DNA of 64,000 nt from Tubulanus polymorphus. Taxonomy: Eukaryota; Animalia; Nemertea. Each line of letters opens with the position of its first letter. The first letter of the stretch is position 1. A program made the translations under genes and the position numbers. The notes below the pieces were generated by a model. That model was not told the origin of the DNA, did not search any database, and saw nothing but the letters and a program-made list of their open reading frames with translations. The stretch is from NCBI RefSeq assembly GCF_964204645.1, contig NC_134036.1, positions 6,230,600-6,294,599 on the forward strand. Direction: 5' to 3'. This document shows positions 28,973 through 42,300 of this stretch, piece by piece.

Positions 28973-30841
28973 GAATTTCGGAGAATTCACGACAGATTAA
29001 AGGCTTGGCGTTGAAAAACATATTATTAGTTCAGCATATTGGGTGTTTTTAGGCAATCTTATGCCTTACTTTGTGATAGAAGTAACGATTTCTCATCGAA
29101 AAAGTCTGAACTTTGCACTGGGCCAAGTGTCTGTCGTGACTTAAGTCCAAAAGTGGTCTTAAATCATAAGACTGGTCTTAAGCCGTTAGGTCGGGTATAT
29201 AATCAAGGTCTAAGATTGATCCTAAATCTAAGGCATTGACTGACATTGCGGATTAAGATAGAATGCAGCTGAACAAATGCATTCGTATTTGCCATATCTT
29301 GCTTATATCAACATTTAGAATTTCTAGAATTTCTCGAGAGAGATGCTGAGCAGATATTACAGCAAGGCGTATATATGTAAAACGCCCCGAGGCAGTTACT
29401 TTAAAAACGGTCTAAACTTTCTGTGCACGACAGCGGTTTTCAGTATATATCATGTATCCGGCTTGATCAAATACATCCCCAGTGATTTCGATTTGCTAGA
29501 AAACCAGCGAATAACTCAGATACAAATTACAATAACATTAAGGCAAAGTCTATTTCTCATGATATAAGATACACCTGAATGAGTAGATTATAAATTTTGA
29601 GGGTTGTGCAACGATTATCTTCTTGTTTCCGGCGAATTTGAAAAAAGTCGATTAGGTTGATCATTGTGTTTTTGAGCGATAAAGTTTTATTTCTACCAGG
29701 GAAAACTTTTGAGACTATGGTGCCAGTATTCGGTTGACAAGTGATTAGATTTATTAGTTTTTGAAATTCTTAGACCAGCTCATCGTGTGCGATTCATATT
29801 TTTACTTGTTTAAGGAAGGCAAACTAACGCACGCTTGAATTAAATCATCTTTGCAAAATAAATCGTTAATTGATATGTTTGGACGCTATTAAAATATGTA
29901 CATATTCAGTCTAGTTATTTCTAGCTTAGTGGCGATTGCCGAGTGCTGCTCGCTGTTTAGTGAGCAAAACGGTTCCGATAAAATATCTGAAATTTATCCC
30001 GGTATTATGAGTACGTAGATGCCGCTAAGTATTGTAATAAGTTGGTCCAATCAATCTTCCAAATCAGGGCCTTAAACAACGCAATGCAATGTAAAAAGCG
30101 CAAAACAACACAATGTTAAATGTACTAAAATATCAGAAATACTTCTGGTAGTTTCTAACACCCTAGTACTTTGATAGTTTTTCATTGCAATATGTATAAT
30201 CGATAATATTGTTTAATTGGGATCCGTAAAATCTACATTCAACTATTTCTGATTCGGATTAGCCGTCATTCGTGATAATATGAATAAACCAAATAATTGC
30301 GGAATAAGCGCAGTGTCTGATATTGATTGTCATTGTAATGCAATCAAATCATACATACGTTGAGCATTTGACGCGGTAAGGATTGTAGGTTTAGAGCGCT
30401 GCGATTCATGCAGTGAGTGTTTGACACGTGGATTGTGTTTACACAGAGGACAGCGTGCGCACTGTAGCAAAAGATGGCGGAAACTTTCTTGTGAAAAAAT
30501 TTCGTCGAAGTAATGATTTAAAGGAGGAACTGGAAATGGCCATGAGTGCGTTGCAAGCCGCGGACGAAACGGCGTATCCTATTGATCTGACATTTTTAAT
30601 TACGAATCATAAACAGAAAACAAGCCCATCATTGATTAATTTACTCGCACTTTTATTGAATCTAATTATGACACGGAGTTTGACGTCGGAGTTACAAATA
30701 TCAATTCAATTCGAGTTAAGCTTTTTCTCAACATGCAAAACCTTTTAGGTAACCTGCCGACTGTGGTTTAGTTTCATAATGGGATATTACCCGAACAACC
30801 GCAAATTCATATCCCATTATAGGCCCTTATCGCCATAACGA

Positions 30842-31748
30842 TTAGCTACAAAATCCGGCTATGCATTTTTTGTCGCAACAGTCAGAGCTATAGTAACAAC
30901 TATCTGCTTTTTTCATGCAACGTCGAGAAAGTACGAAATTGAAAATGGAATTTTGAAGTGAAATAAGCTTTTCTTACTTAAGTGAATGTATGATTCCGAA
31001 CCCAGAGCATATATAGAACCGGTAATGATCCCGACGATTGGGATCTTAGAAGCCACTCATTGTTGTCGATCATTTAGACGAACGAATGTATTTAAGAGTT
31101 GCATGTTCGTAAGATCAATATTTCAGGTCAGTTGAATGAACTACTTGCAAAACCAGCTATCCCGCCAGATGGCGTGATGAGCAGTAGATCGTTCGTTGTC
31201 AAAATTAGTTCATTTTCGATTCACTTTGAAATGGATTGTAAGACTCCCGAATCCATGTATTATCACAGGACTCGACAAATATGAAATACTTTCATTCTTA
31301 TTATTAGATTTGGAGATTATCTTCATAAATAATTGATTCATTTAAGTGAAGAGTTCATTCAGATTTAATTGATTTGAAGAAGAAAATTGAACGCGACAAA
31401 CTATCTACTAGCGAACCTAACGCATCCTCGCCTGCCATATGCGGAAACCTCGATTACCACATTAGCACACTACGGCTACCCCATTGATTCTAATCAGTAT
31501 ATGAGCATGTAATATTATCTATGAGATCTAATTCGTTGAATTAATTCGTTCGATAATCATCTACTTAATCGATAAATAACTACTAAATGTGAACTGATAA
31601 TTACAAATTTTAATCAATGCGTATTATTCGTGGAATCGTACGAAATCGTGTATTGTATTCCCGGTTACTTACGTGCGTCTACAATGGCCACGGCACTGAC
31701 GACAATCACAGCAACAGCACACATTCGAGTCATTAAATGAGCCAGCAT
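30842..31748 (-). CDS. Knottin-type secreted peptide K1 (MLAHLMTRMCAVAVIVVSAVAIVDA-R-CMKKADSCYYSSDCCDKKCIAGFCS); acceptor non-canonical, possibly a pseudogene
   Basis: Signal exon 31748-31673 with donor C|GTAAGT (phase 1). Cys exon 30921-30842, C-X6-C-X5-CC-X3-C-X4-C. The homologous acceptor reads AC instead of AG. 3' UTR is homologous to K3/K4, with AATAAA near 30655. Confidence 0.65.
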
Positions 31749-33186
31749 TTTCGCGCCTAGAATTTTACTAAAATATTTGAAGCCATGGAAATTACAATAT
31801 CCGTGATAAGACGATGAGCAAAAATCCCACAATGAATCAAAAAAGTTTATTTCAAAATTATAAATATTCCGGGTGATTGCCACCACCATCTTCAGTCTAA
31901 AAAAATAATTTAAAAATTACCACTCGAAATATTTCTAATTTCAAATAAGCTTTTTAGATTCATTCATATATTGTGGGATTTTAACTCATGAATGATATCT
32001 ATTAGCAATCACAAATTCTGATTATGCAAAAACTTTCAACGGGCTCTCAGTTAATGAACATTTTGTCAGGTAATGTACCAGGTTTAGATATATGCAGCTC
32101 TCTGCATATAACGTGTTTTCTGTATTTCTGGTTTGAATGCTGTTCCATAAGTTCATTCTTTTTTAATCTATTGTATCGTATCGTCCTTGCAATCAAAAGG
32201 AAAGTACGTTGAAGCCCAAATTTATAGGGTGCATATATAAATGAAGGTTCCAGCGAGAAACATCAAACTAAAAGGTAAAGAGGAAATCTCGCTGATATCC
32301 GTAACCGTTTGTTCACATAGAATAATCGCGGCTCGTTGTCGAAAATTCAAATGAAAAGCGTAATTGAAATGATAAAGAGCTGAATTTCTGATAAGGCATC
32401 GCATTGACTGGAACGGGAACGGTGTTTTCACTCTCCGCATCCTCGTTTAGACCCTATCTTAACCCAAATACCATCCGAGCGAAATTGACAAAATCAGGAC
32501 TCGCCATAGTTTAGACAAGCGTCGCTAGAATCTATTCTTTTTATGAAATTGACGAAATAATTAATCTGCGTTTTTATGTATTTTGTTTAATTCTATTTCT
32601 TATTTCAACATTTGATCGTGAAAAATATAGATTTGAATTACCGGTATTTTATCGACGGACCTACCTCAGTCGCTTGTTCTGACGTATTCAACTTTTCGAA
32701 TCGAAAATGTCTCGTTTTCCCGAGCTAGCACAGTCGACGAATGAATAAAACACATCGCGCGTAAAATAGTATACGTGTTGAAATAGAAATCGAAATTATA
32801 CAGATATACTACACACAGCTCGATATAGATTGAAACTCGCGTCGATGTGTTTGTTCAATCGATAAGCACCCGGCTCTTCAAAATCGATCCACGCGCATCA
32901 CCATCTGACTTCACAATGATCCATGAGTATAATGTTTCGAACTTACGGGATATCATTATGTATATTTAAATCAGCTGTCGCCTTTCATAATTTATGAATA
33001 TCAATTTTTCATATGCTGTTTGAGTATTTTCGCTCATGTCCGGTGAATACCTACACAGAACGCATCATTCTGACTAGAAACAGGTCTTAAATTGCGATTG
33101 AAAGTGACTATTGAATCCGATCGATGTTTCTTGATTGGAGGTTTCCTACGCGTGTTTTGTCGGCCACTATGTGCGGTCCCCACTGC

Positions 33187-33494
33187 CGTCCTCCCCAGGT
33201 AGGGATTCGAACCTGATGGCGTCGCTACACTCGGCCACGGCACGAACCCCTGCCACAATAGACCGAATGCGGCACCGATCAGATTGTTCGTTGTATAATC
33301 ACTAAAGCAAAGTTCACGGAAGAACTATCGATCGGAAAACCCGGACTAAATTGGATAAAACGGGTTTTCTAATTGGCTAATATTGTAATCATCTAAGCTG
33401 CGTGTGCATCTGTACACTCGGTTTAGTGTGGCAGGGTTTCGTACCGCGGAAATCTCGATGCCATCAGGTTCGAATCCCTGCTGGGGGGGGGATG
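33187..33494. mobile_element. Second copy of the same MITE family as 60202-60539
   Basis: Same TIRs (GGGATTCGAACCTGATGGC... / ...GCCATCAGGTTCGAATCCCTGC) and homologous interior; TSD degenerate. Confidence 0.8.
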
Positions 33495-33819
33495 CTGACT
33501 GCCGAGTAACTATCGTAGACCTCAGTAATGACATCATGTGCAAATACATCGTGTACAGTGGTCACGCTATTGCGTCATATTGACCGTCATCTGGTCATAG
33601 ATGACTAATTTCGCCCGAGTGTACTGGTCTGCAAAGTCTTGGAGAAATGATTCTGCCTGAATGAGATCCGCCTTGTTAACTTCTCCGGTGTATATAGTTG
33701 AAAGAACTGCTAAAACTGAATCGTTTGCTTTTATTTGATTAACTGATTTGCATATATTTGCATAGGCCCTATATTATATATTCATCATAGTCAGTCAGTA
33801 ACCTGACTGTGATTTAGTT

Positions 33820-34191
33820 TTATAATCGCATATTTCCCAAAACCACCGCGAGTAATCCGATTGTAAACCCAATTTTCACCGACGATAAGCAACAGTTTGC
33901 CTGGTTACATTTGCCGCTGCAACACTCAGCATCGTGGGCGCAAAGTCCCAAGTTTGTGCAACCTATATTTCATAATAGAAACAATAAATTCAAATAGAAT
34001 TTTGATGTGAAAAAGAGCTCTTAAAAGCGAAGAAATAATTGACTCGCTATCGTTCGAGTCTATACGTTCATTCGTTAAACAAATACTCAATGTTAACTGA
34101 TGAATGCAAATTTGTGTATTTTATGCAAGACATCCAATGACATTCTTATCATCTGTCCAGTCGTTACTCACCCGCAGCGATAGATCTAAAT
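33820..34191 (-). pseudogene. Knottin-type peptide K2: signal exon reduced to 20 nt, ancestral stop lost
   Basis: Exon 33962-33820 after ATATAG| encodes CTNLGLCAHDAECCSGKCNQANCC-LSSVKIGFTIGLLAVVLGNMRL*. Remnant exon 34191-34172 keeps TTCTAG| and |GTGAGTAACGACTGG like K4 but has no ATG. An upstream UTR-exon homolog lies at ~34790-34890. Confidence 0.7.
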
Positions 34192-35134
34192 CTAGAAGTA
34201 CATAGAATATAAACAGGTGGTTTGCAGGCCCGTGTCGAGCTTTTCTGAGGGGCACGTCTATTTCAAGAAAAACGTTTTTCCCTGCAAAGTGCCACTTAAC
34301 AGTTAAAAAGGACAAAAACGCTTTTCATCTTCCAAAAAAAAAACACTTGAAAATTGTATGAAAAATTTGCAAAATCTTGACCCAAATTGTTTTTACACTG
34401 ACTTTGAAGAACACTTTGAAAATTAAAGGGGTTTCGTTCGCTTCCCCCGGACCCTAAACCAAATTAAGTAAATGAAAGAAGTGACAGGAAGGATAAGCCT
34501 ACACTGTTCCTACTGATCCCTTACCTTAATTTCTTCCCATTCTTAAAAAACCCAAAAAACATCCTCCCAACGACTCGCATAATTAGTAGACATTTGCATC
34601 TCATTAGTTGAGACTAACGTTTGCCGAAAATCTAACTTAATATGATGAGAAAGATGAAATTTTACTTCTGTCGTCTTTCTGATGTGATATATGCTGCATG
34701 TTAAAGTGTATATCGCTTTATCGATGGACAATCAACGGCCGATTACGAATGATGTGGATTTGAGTATTTCTTGAGCATAAGAGCTTTTCTTACCTTAGTC
34801 GCTTCGTTCAACGTAGCTTTTTCAACGTTCGAATAGAGAATATCTCGTTTTCTCGAGTCAGGGTCCGTCGACGAATGAATATAACACATAGGATGAAGCG
34901 ATCATTTATACGTTCTTAAGACATATTCAAAAAAATTCCAACATTTGCACAGCTTAATATTAGTTACCCCACTAATGTTTGATGATTCTTGCAAGCTGAA
35001 TCGATGCGAAACCGAAAACTTTTAAAATCGATCCTCGCTCATCACTATTTTCTCACACAAACCATGCGTATATTTCTTTTTGTCATTTGGTCTCGCAGGA
35101 AATAATTCTTTTCATATATTAACCTGTCATATGT

Positions 35135-35370
35135 AGCCAGCATCACCATCATCGCCTTCATTGTCACCACCACCTTCTCCAGCATCACCATCATCACCTT
35201 CTCCAGCATCACCACCGCAATCATCACATCAACTTCCCCAGCATCACCATCATCACAAATCAATTGACTATCAATTCAAACTACGTCATCATCGTCGTCA
35301 TAACATCCACCATCACACACTCATTATCATAATCACTCTCTCCGCCATCTCCACCATCCCAACCTCCACC
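35135..35370. repeat. Degenerate (CAT/CAC)n low-complexity tract
   Basis: Repeated CAGCATCACCATCATCACCTTCT units. Confidence 0.8.
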
Positions 35371-36335
35371 TATTGAGCGAGTCATCTAGTCACCCAATCG
35401 TCCGGTTAATCAGTCGGCTACGAATATACTTTTTAATCGGATTCTACGCCTGGGTCGAAGAAAACCACTCACAGAAGTGATCTTAATGGATGGTGCAGCA
35501 AAGCGCGTGAAATTCACAAATTCTCACAAATCCAGCGACGTTTTTTTTTCTTGAGCAGACCATACGCACTTTTCGGAACTAGTTCATTAATGTCAATTTC
35601 ACTCTCATCCCTAACTAATCTCTTTGCCCCCGCCTCAAATCGAATGTACTTACACCATTAATTTATAAAATTCAGCAAAAAACATATGTTTTTAGAGTGT
35701 AAGGGTGTCGTACAAGCTCGATTATTAAACCGCGAGCTTCAATTATGTATATTATATCAACAAGCAGCTGACTTATTCCTATTCATTTTGTCTAACCAAT
35801 AAAGCGCTTGATGTATAACCACCTGCTGCGATAACGTTTCGAGTTCCTGAAATTTGCGCCCGAAAAATGATCATCGTGAATAGAAAAGCAAACACTCTAC
35901 TACACGTTGTTCTAAACGTCCCGTTACTATAGGCGTTCTAACGAATACTTTACAACTAACAGCGGCAGTTGTTGGCAGGACGTACGAATCCAGTATAGGT
36001 AAAGTAAGTATGAATGCAATAGAATAGAAAGGATGCGATACGTATGACATACATCAATACCTAGATTATGAATCTATACAAAACGAGGTTTCACAGTCGA
36101 ATCAGTTAACATCTATTCGACGGGGGCCAGTTGCTCAAAGGTTGGTTGAAGCTTTCGAGTTAATAGGTGACATAGAGACAATCATAAGTTCATTATTGTT
36201 ATGACAATATTCGTAGAGTAGCCGTGTTAACCAGGTTTAAAATACGTATAGGTTACTGTATAATACTGTATAGGTTAACTGTTTATTTGACGCATGAGCT
36301 TTCGTTTCTAATGAATAGAAGCTTCATCACTCATT

Positions 36336-36376
36336 CACCTGATGAAGCTTCTATACATCAGTAGCGAAAGCTCGTG
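36336..36376 (+). ncRNA. Minimal type I hammerhead ribozyme motif within a 142-bp hairpin (Penelope pLTR-like)
   Basis: CAC-CTGATGA-A-GCTTCT-loop-AGTAGC-GAAA-GC-TC-GTG; inverted arms at 36264-36329 and 36340-36405. Confidence 0.6.
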
Positions 36377-36580
36377 CGTCAAATAAATAGTTAACCTATA
36401 CAGTACTACTCGTCTCGTTACTTATTATTATTATGGTATTCTATCCGGCGATTATCTTCGAGCATGTTTTTAACGTGTAGCCCCTGGTTTGTTTCATACA
36501 AGACGAATTATTTCGTTCATATTCAAGTTCGGTTGATGGGTAATATCGATGTTCTCCGTTTCTAGTTCGATTTCTAGGCG

Positions 36581-37263
36581 ATGAAAATGCTTGCTTATCT
36601 ATTAACTCGCGTATATGCGATCGTCGCGATTGTGGTCACTGTTGCGTCATTTGCGGAGGCATGGGGTGAGTGGTCACGACTGAGAATTTATTACAGAAAT
36701 TTCCATCGGATTCATCGGAGGAAAGAACCTAAAAAACTATGTTAGACATTTCAAAACCCATCGAAATTTAGCGAAAAGTGTCCAAGTATTTAATGCAGAC
36801 ATTTTTGCACGGCATTTTACTGAGTAATTTTTCATAGAAATATATCACGATCAAGTGATTAGACTTACGTATTCCAAATTATAAAAAATAACCTTTCAGA
36901 TAACCTCTCATTTGTTCCCGAATATTTTCTAAAAAAGGTATTTACTTTTGGGCTATGGTAAAATAAAAAGCCGGCTCTGATTAATGCGAATTTAGTCGAG
37001 GGATTGAAATGGGATAAATGCTTTGCGTGCGGGCGTCTATCAACCCTCAATGCTAACATATCGCTCACTCGTCTAAATGGATCTACCTGAACCCGGGCTT
37101 AATAATAGAATTTTGTAAAACACTGTTGTTTTTGAATGTAAATTTCGTTTCTTTTGGTCATATTTTAGCTTGCGGCTCCATAGGCCAATCGTGTAAGGCT
37201 TCCATCGAATGCTGCGACCCGAACCCTTGTCAAAACTCGGTGTGTACACCGTACGCGGGCTAA
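36581..37263 (+). CDS. Knottin-type secreted peptide K3, 59 aa (MKMLAYLLTRVYAIVAIVVTVASFAEAW-A-CGSIGQSCKASIECCDPNPCQNSVCTPYAG)
   Basis: Exon 36581-36665 (hydrophobic signal ending AEA, G|GTGAGT) and exon 37169-37263 (TTTTAG|), phase 1, in frame. Six Cys in a C-C-CC-C-C pattern; terminal Gly; AATAAA at ~37420. Confidence 0.85.
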
Positions 37264-39375
37264 TCGTAGATGGTAAGCTGTTGTAATCGGATCGTGGTGT
37301 TTGTCGAAATATCCGATTATGAAACTGAACCGCAGTCACGATACCGACTGACTGTGAAAAAGCTCGAATAGAATCTATATTTTAACTGCGTAGTGAGATC
37401 TGGTCTTATAATCAAATCCAATAAAATGAAAGTAAATAAATCAATATGAGAGTCGTATCAATAATGCGCCGTTTCATCATCAGTCATCGATATCGTAGAT
37501 CCACGTTTTTACTTAAACTCGAAAAGCACGACGTAAAAGTCCGATGCAGCTATATGGTCCAAACACATTGCACACGTGACGATGTTCGGTGTCGTTGCTG
37601 CTCTGTATATTTGGGAATACATAAAAAGGTCTTCAAAAACAGACGAGTGTAAACCAGTAGAGTGTGTTCCACCGTGTCAGTAAATGTCCCCTTTTCCCCC
37701 GAAACTTCCGCACTAAATTCTTAAAACCATTTTTCAGAACTAGGCCAAGTGCGCTCAAATTTACCCAACTAATGAAAACTAAAGGGAAACAACTCAAACA
37801 ACTTTCTCAATTCATCAAAACTGCTTCCAAATACCTTTAAGCCATCTTTGTATATGTCGTTGTATAATTGATTCTGTATGTATTTTCTATGTGTGTGTGT
37901 TAAGTGCGTCTGTGTATGTTAATCACTTGTTAATTATCTGTTTATACGTGAAGCGCATTATTCATTGTTTTTTCTTTACTTCGATTTTGTTTTTTCGCTC
38001 TAAGCAATTGTATTTTGTCGAGCAATAAAACATATTCTATTCACCGATGATAGAAAATTAAAAATAAAACAATTTTGTTCTGGCGTTTCGGGAGGATTAC
38101 GTACTTCCACCTATCTTCAGCGATTTATTAGACAATGAGATACGAAAAAAATATGGTTATAATTGTTTTTTTTTTAAATTTACATCGTTAGTGAACCAAC
38201 TATAATCCAGACCTAAAATACTTTCAACTATCTACGAGTGTAAACCAATTTGGAGCATCTTAGATTGTATGGTCTGGTCAGTGAGGTCTGATATGTGTGG
38301 ATATGGCTTTTTGATGCGTTATCTCAACACGTAACAGCCATTAAAAGGCACGAGATACAGTCACGTGAAATGAATAAATTCGACAACAAATATCATTAAA
38401 TGAAACATTCGAATTTTTTTATAACAACGTTTTGCATAAAACTACAATATACAAACTATCTATAATGTATACACTACGGCGGGGGTTCGGGTTCCTGCTG
38501 AGCCAGGTTGGGCGTGTCTACTGAGCTAGAGTTTCGCGTAGGATAAATATTTACAATACAGTATTAGCTTAATCTGTAAATTCAGGAGTATACCACTGAC
38601 CAGGGCCTATACTTTGAGGACAAAATAATCACTAGGATGCATCATTCACAGTCCATCGAAGTGTATCGTATACACACTTTTATCTCACTTCGTATTCTGT
38701 ATTACAACGATAATGATGATTAATACATTTCCTAACGAAAAGTGAACGTTGCATGTTTCGATACTGCGGCATAGGAAGAACAATTACCACGAATTTTTCA
38801 TTATTAATGAAGAATTAGTCATCTTGCCGGATAGACACATAACAGCTGGACAATTTATTTCGGTTGGCATCGTGGGTTGTGGATGTGGGTGCCTGACCTG
38901 AATGACAACGATTGAATGTCGATTCTATAGGAGTGACGGCTATCCGACCTGATAAGTTTTACTTCACGCAATTATCATTGACATATTAATTAATGATATA
39001 TCAAACAATAGATCGACTCGAGATTATTGAACGTGAATAAAACGGTGAAAGTCGAACGGAATACTTATCGCAGTGATATTTAGTGCTGAGCCTATTACTA
39101 TAAAACTGAGCGAATTTGGACAAATGACAATATTTTCACACAAATCATATCGCGCGGGGAGGGTATTTTGACAATGGTAACCCAATATTGCATAATTCAT
39201 AAAAAAAACGATAGGCTAGCTGTAATGCCCCTTAGGGCTCTTGTTTATGCCCTAAAATCAATTATCCCCATCAGAAAATGCTTTCAGAAATCAGAAAACT
39301 GTTTAAACTGGCAATATAACTGTTTTAACTGGCAATATATTCTAATTATCTTGCGCTGGGTAAAACTGGAGGCAT

Positions 39376-42300
39376 CTATCTATTTTTACGGTGTTGCCTG
39401 CGTTTCGTTTTTGCTCGTATGGATTTCATATCGATAGTCAGTATTGTGTAAAGAAGGGGATTGAGGGACGAGTTGATCGGTAAGAAAAGAACCGCCAGCC
39501 AAGCCGCCACCTGATTCGGTATTTCTACCCGTAATACGGCGCAAAACTGAACGATAATCAACGGCAGCCAGCAAAATAGATTACACAGATTTATCACCAA
39601 ACTCCTGCGCGCTAAAACTAGTTCTGTAGGGTCAATTCTACCCGAACCAGACCTGCTTCCAGATACGAGTCGGTACATTTGCGCATAAGTGGCCATTATC
39701 GTAGAAAGAATGAAGAAGTTGGTTAATGAAAAAATAGCGAATGAATATTGCCAGGCGCTGACATCAATTGAAACCAAATTCATAGGAAAACAAACTCCGG
39801 TAGTGCCGTAGTAATTGTCTCCAAAGTAAGAGATCGGTGTAAGTGGTAGCATTGCAATAACACACAAAACAATCCAACATGCGCAACAAATGATACACGC
39901 ATATCTCGGAGATGTAATTGGGTTATCAGAGAATGGGTCTACGATATTTGAGAATCTATGACGTGTCATGATTAGTAAAAATATCAATGAACCTTCGCAA
40001 GAAATAGTGACCACGACTCCAGCAAGACGACAAATCAAACTGTCCGTCCAGGCTTCCGAATTGAGAAAGTAAATACCTTTGTAGATATAATCAGCTCCAG
40101 CGATCAGAAACAAATATATAGACATCATAAAATCACACAGAGCAACATTAATGATGATGATGTCTGAAAATGGATTTGAGGAGGAGAATCGAATCGCTCG
40201 AATGCGAATAGAAATGACGATTCCATTAGCGATGAAACTGAATGAAGCGATCACCCAAATGATAGCTCTGAGGACTGTGTTACCCATCAGATCAGAACAA
40301 GAGGAAAATTGATCAGCTTCGGGAAGGCACCGGTCAACATTCGGAGCCATGCAGCAAAATTTGTAAGCGTCTGACCTCAGTGAGACTAATGATGTCAGAT
40401 TGTCAAAAACATGTCTGGGGACGGAAATAATTTTGTTATTATTGGTTAAATCAAGAATTTCGAGTGACGTTAATCCAGAAAATGCGTATCGTGAAATGTG
40501 ATAGATTTTGTTACCGCTGATATTCAACGACTGTAATGTAGATAAACCCACAAACGCGCGTTCAGAAAGCATCAATATAAAAAGTCCTTGAATATCAAGA
40601 ATTCGGAGTGATCTCAATCCCGAAAAACTGCTTTCCTGCAAATAATGAATCGGATTTTTAGTTACGAATAACTCCTTCAAACTGTACAAACCAGTGAATG
40701 TATTTGTTGATAATGATGTTACGTTGTTGTATGTCAGGTCTAATGTATGTAGATTATGCAGGTTTGAGAACGAATTCGGTAAAATATAAGTCAATTCATT
40801 GAAGGAGATGTTGAGCATTCGAAGATAAACATATGGGGATAATGTGAACACGTCCAAGATGATTCGGTTGTTCGACAATATCAAAACTCGGGTTGATGCC
40901 GAGAAAAGTCCGGTAATATTTGTTAAACCAGTATTTCCACAATCGATAAAGTTACCTTGACATGTACACACTCTTGGACACGTGACCTTACAGTAAGCCT
41001 CGTCATCAGTTGTATGTTTACAATTTGCGACTCCGTCACAGACCTCAGATTGTGGAATACATCTATTTTCCTGACCACATTTAAACATTCCCGGACATGA
41101 AAATGTCTCGCAGTTTTGTTCATCTTCTGAATTAGGACAATCTGATTGACCGTCGCACACCTGTCTGATCGGTATACAGTACGATGAGGGACATTTAACA
41201 GTACCAGCAGGACATTGAAATTCTTCACATCTCAACACGTGCTCGAGATTTCTACAAACAGGGTAACCATTTGTCATTCTCTCTAGAATACATCTGTGAC
41301 GTCTTGAATGACAATGAGGTGAATTGAAAGAACATCTTTGTTCATCAGATTCCGTACAGAGATTTGTGAAGTTAGTCGTACAGTGGTTGTCATTATTGCA
41401 CTGAACCGTAGGATTCACTGTAATATTAATATTTGTTACTAGTTCATCTTCTTCGAGGCTCCCACTGCAATCTACGACACCATCCTGATACAACTGAGAA
41501 CTGATACAGTCTCCACTGTAACATAGGAATCCCTGGCACAGTTGAGCGGTGCATCCTATTTCGTCGGAGCCGTCTTCACAATCAGTGACACCATTACATC
41601 TATCAAAACTGCTGATACATTGTCCACTTTGGCAGCTAAATTGTTCAGATAAACACGGGGTATAAAAACACGCGTTCTCATCAGAGCCATCCACACAATC
41701 CTGTATGAAATCACAGAAACCACTTATTGATATGACCTGACCATCATTGCATTCAAACTGATTTTGTAAATTAATATCCGTACAATTAAGTTCATCTTCA
41801 CCGTTTTGACAGTCGTGTCTGGTATCACATACGCGATGGTCGCTGATACATCTTTGATCGTTACATTCAAACTGCCACGATTTACAACCGCTTATAGAAG
41901 CTAACTCTTCATCAGTGACATTGTGTGAACACAAAACAGAACGCGCTGTATCTGTCGCATTATCAAACTGTTTCATCGTCCATTTGACTGATTGAATATA
42001 ATTAATTTTATCTCTCGTGAGTATTGGGTTTATAACTTGCAGTTTTTCATTAGAAGTCACCATTAGTATTGAGCTATATTGATATTTGAAATGAAATGTT
42101 CTTATCAAGTTCATCGTGTCGTTTTCGGAGTTATCGGTTATCACAGCGCCTATTTCACCTCGTATGCCACGACACATCTCTGTTGCAGTTTCCATATCTA
42201 AACCTCGATGTCTGTTCCAATCCGTCAGTATTTGATAGCATTGTCTATCCATGCTTACCCATCCAACCGTGCAGAAAGGTTTGTCCCGTATCAATAATGT

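Noticed and set aside
33440-33494. tRNA gene suggested by GGTTCGAATCCC
   Set aside because: I cannot fold a full cloverleaf; the motif is part of MITE TIRs.
35045-35376. His-rich and Met/Val-rich ORFs
   Set aside because: Translation of a low-complexity CAT/CAC repeat.
38078-38125. Third hammerhead on the minus strand (CTGAAGA...GAAACGCC)
   Set aside because: It lacks the UH cleavage dinucleotide and a good helix I; at best a dead relic.
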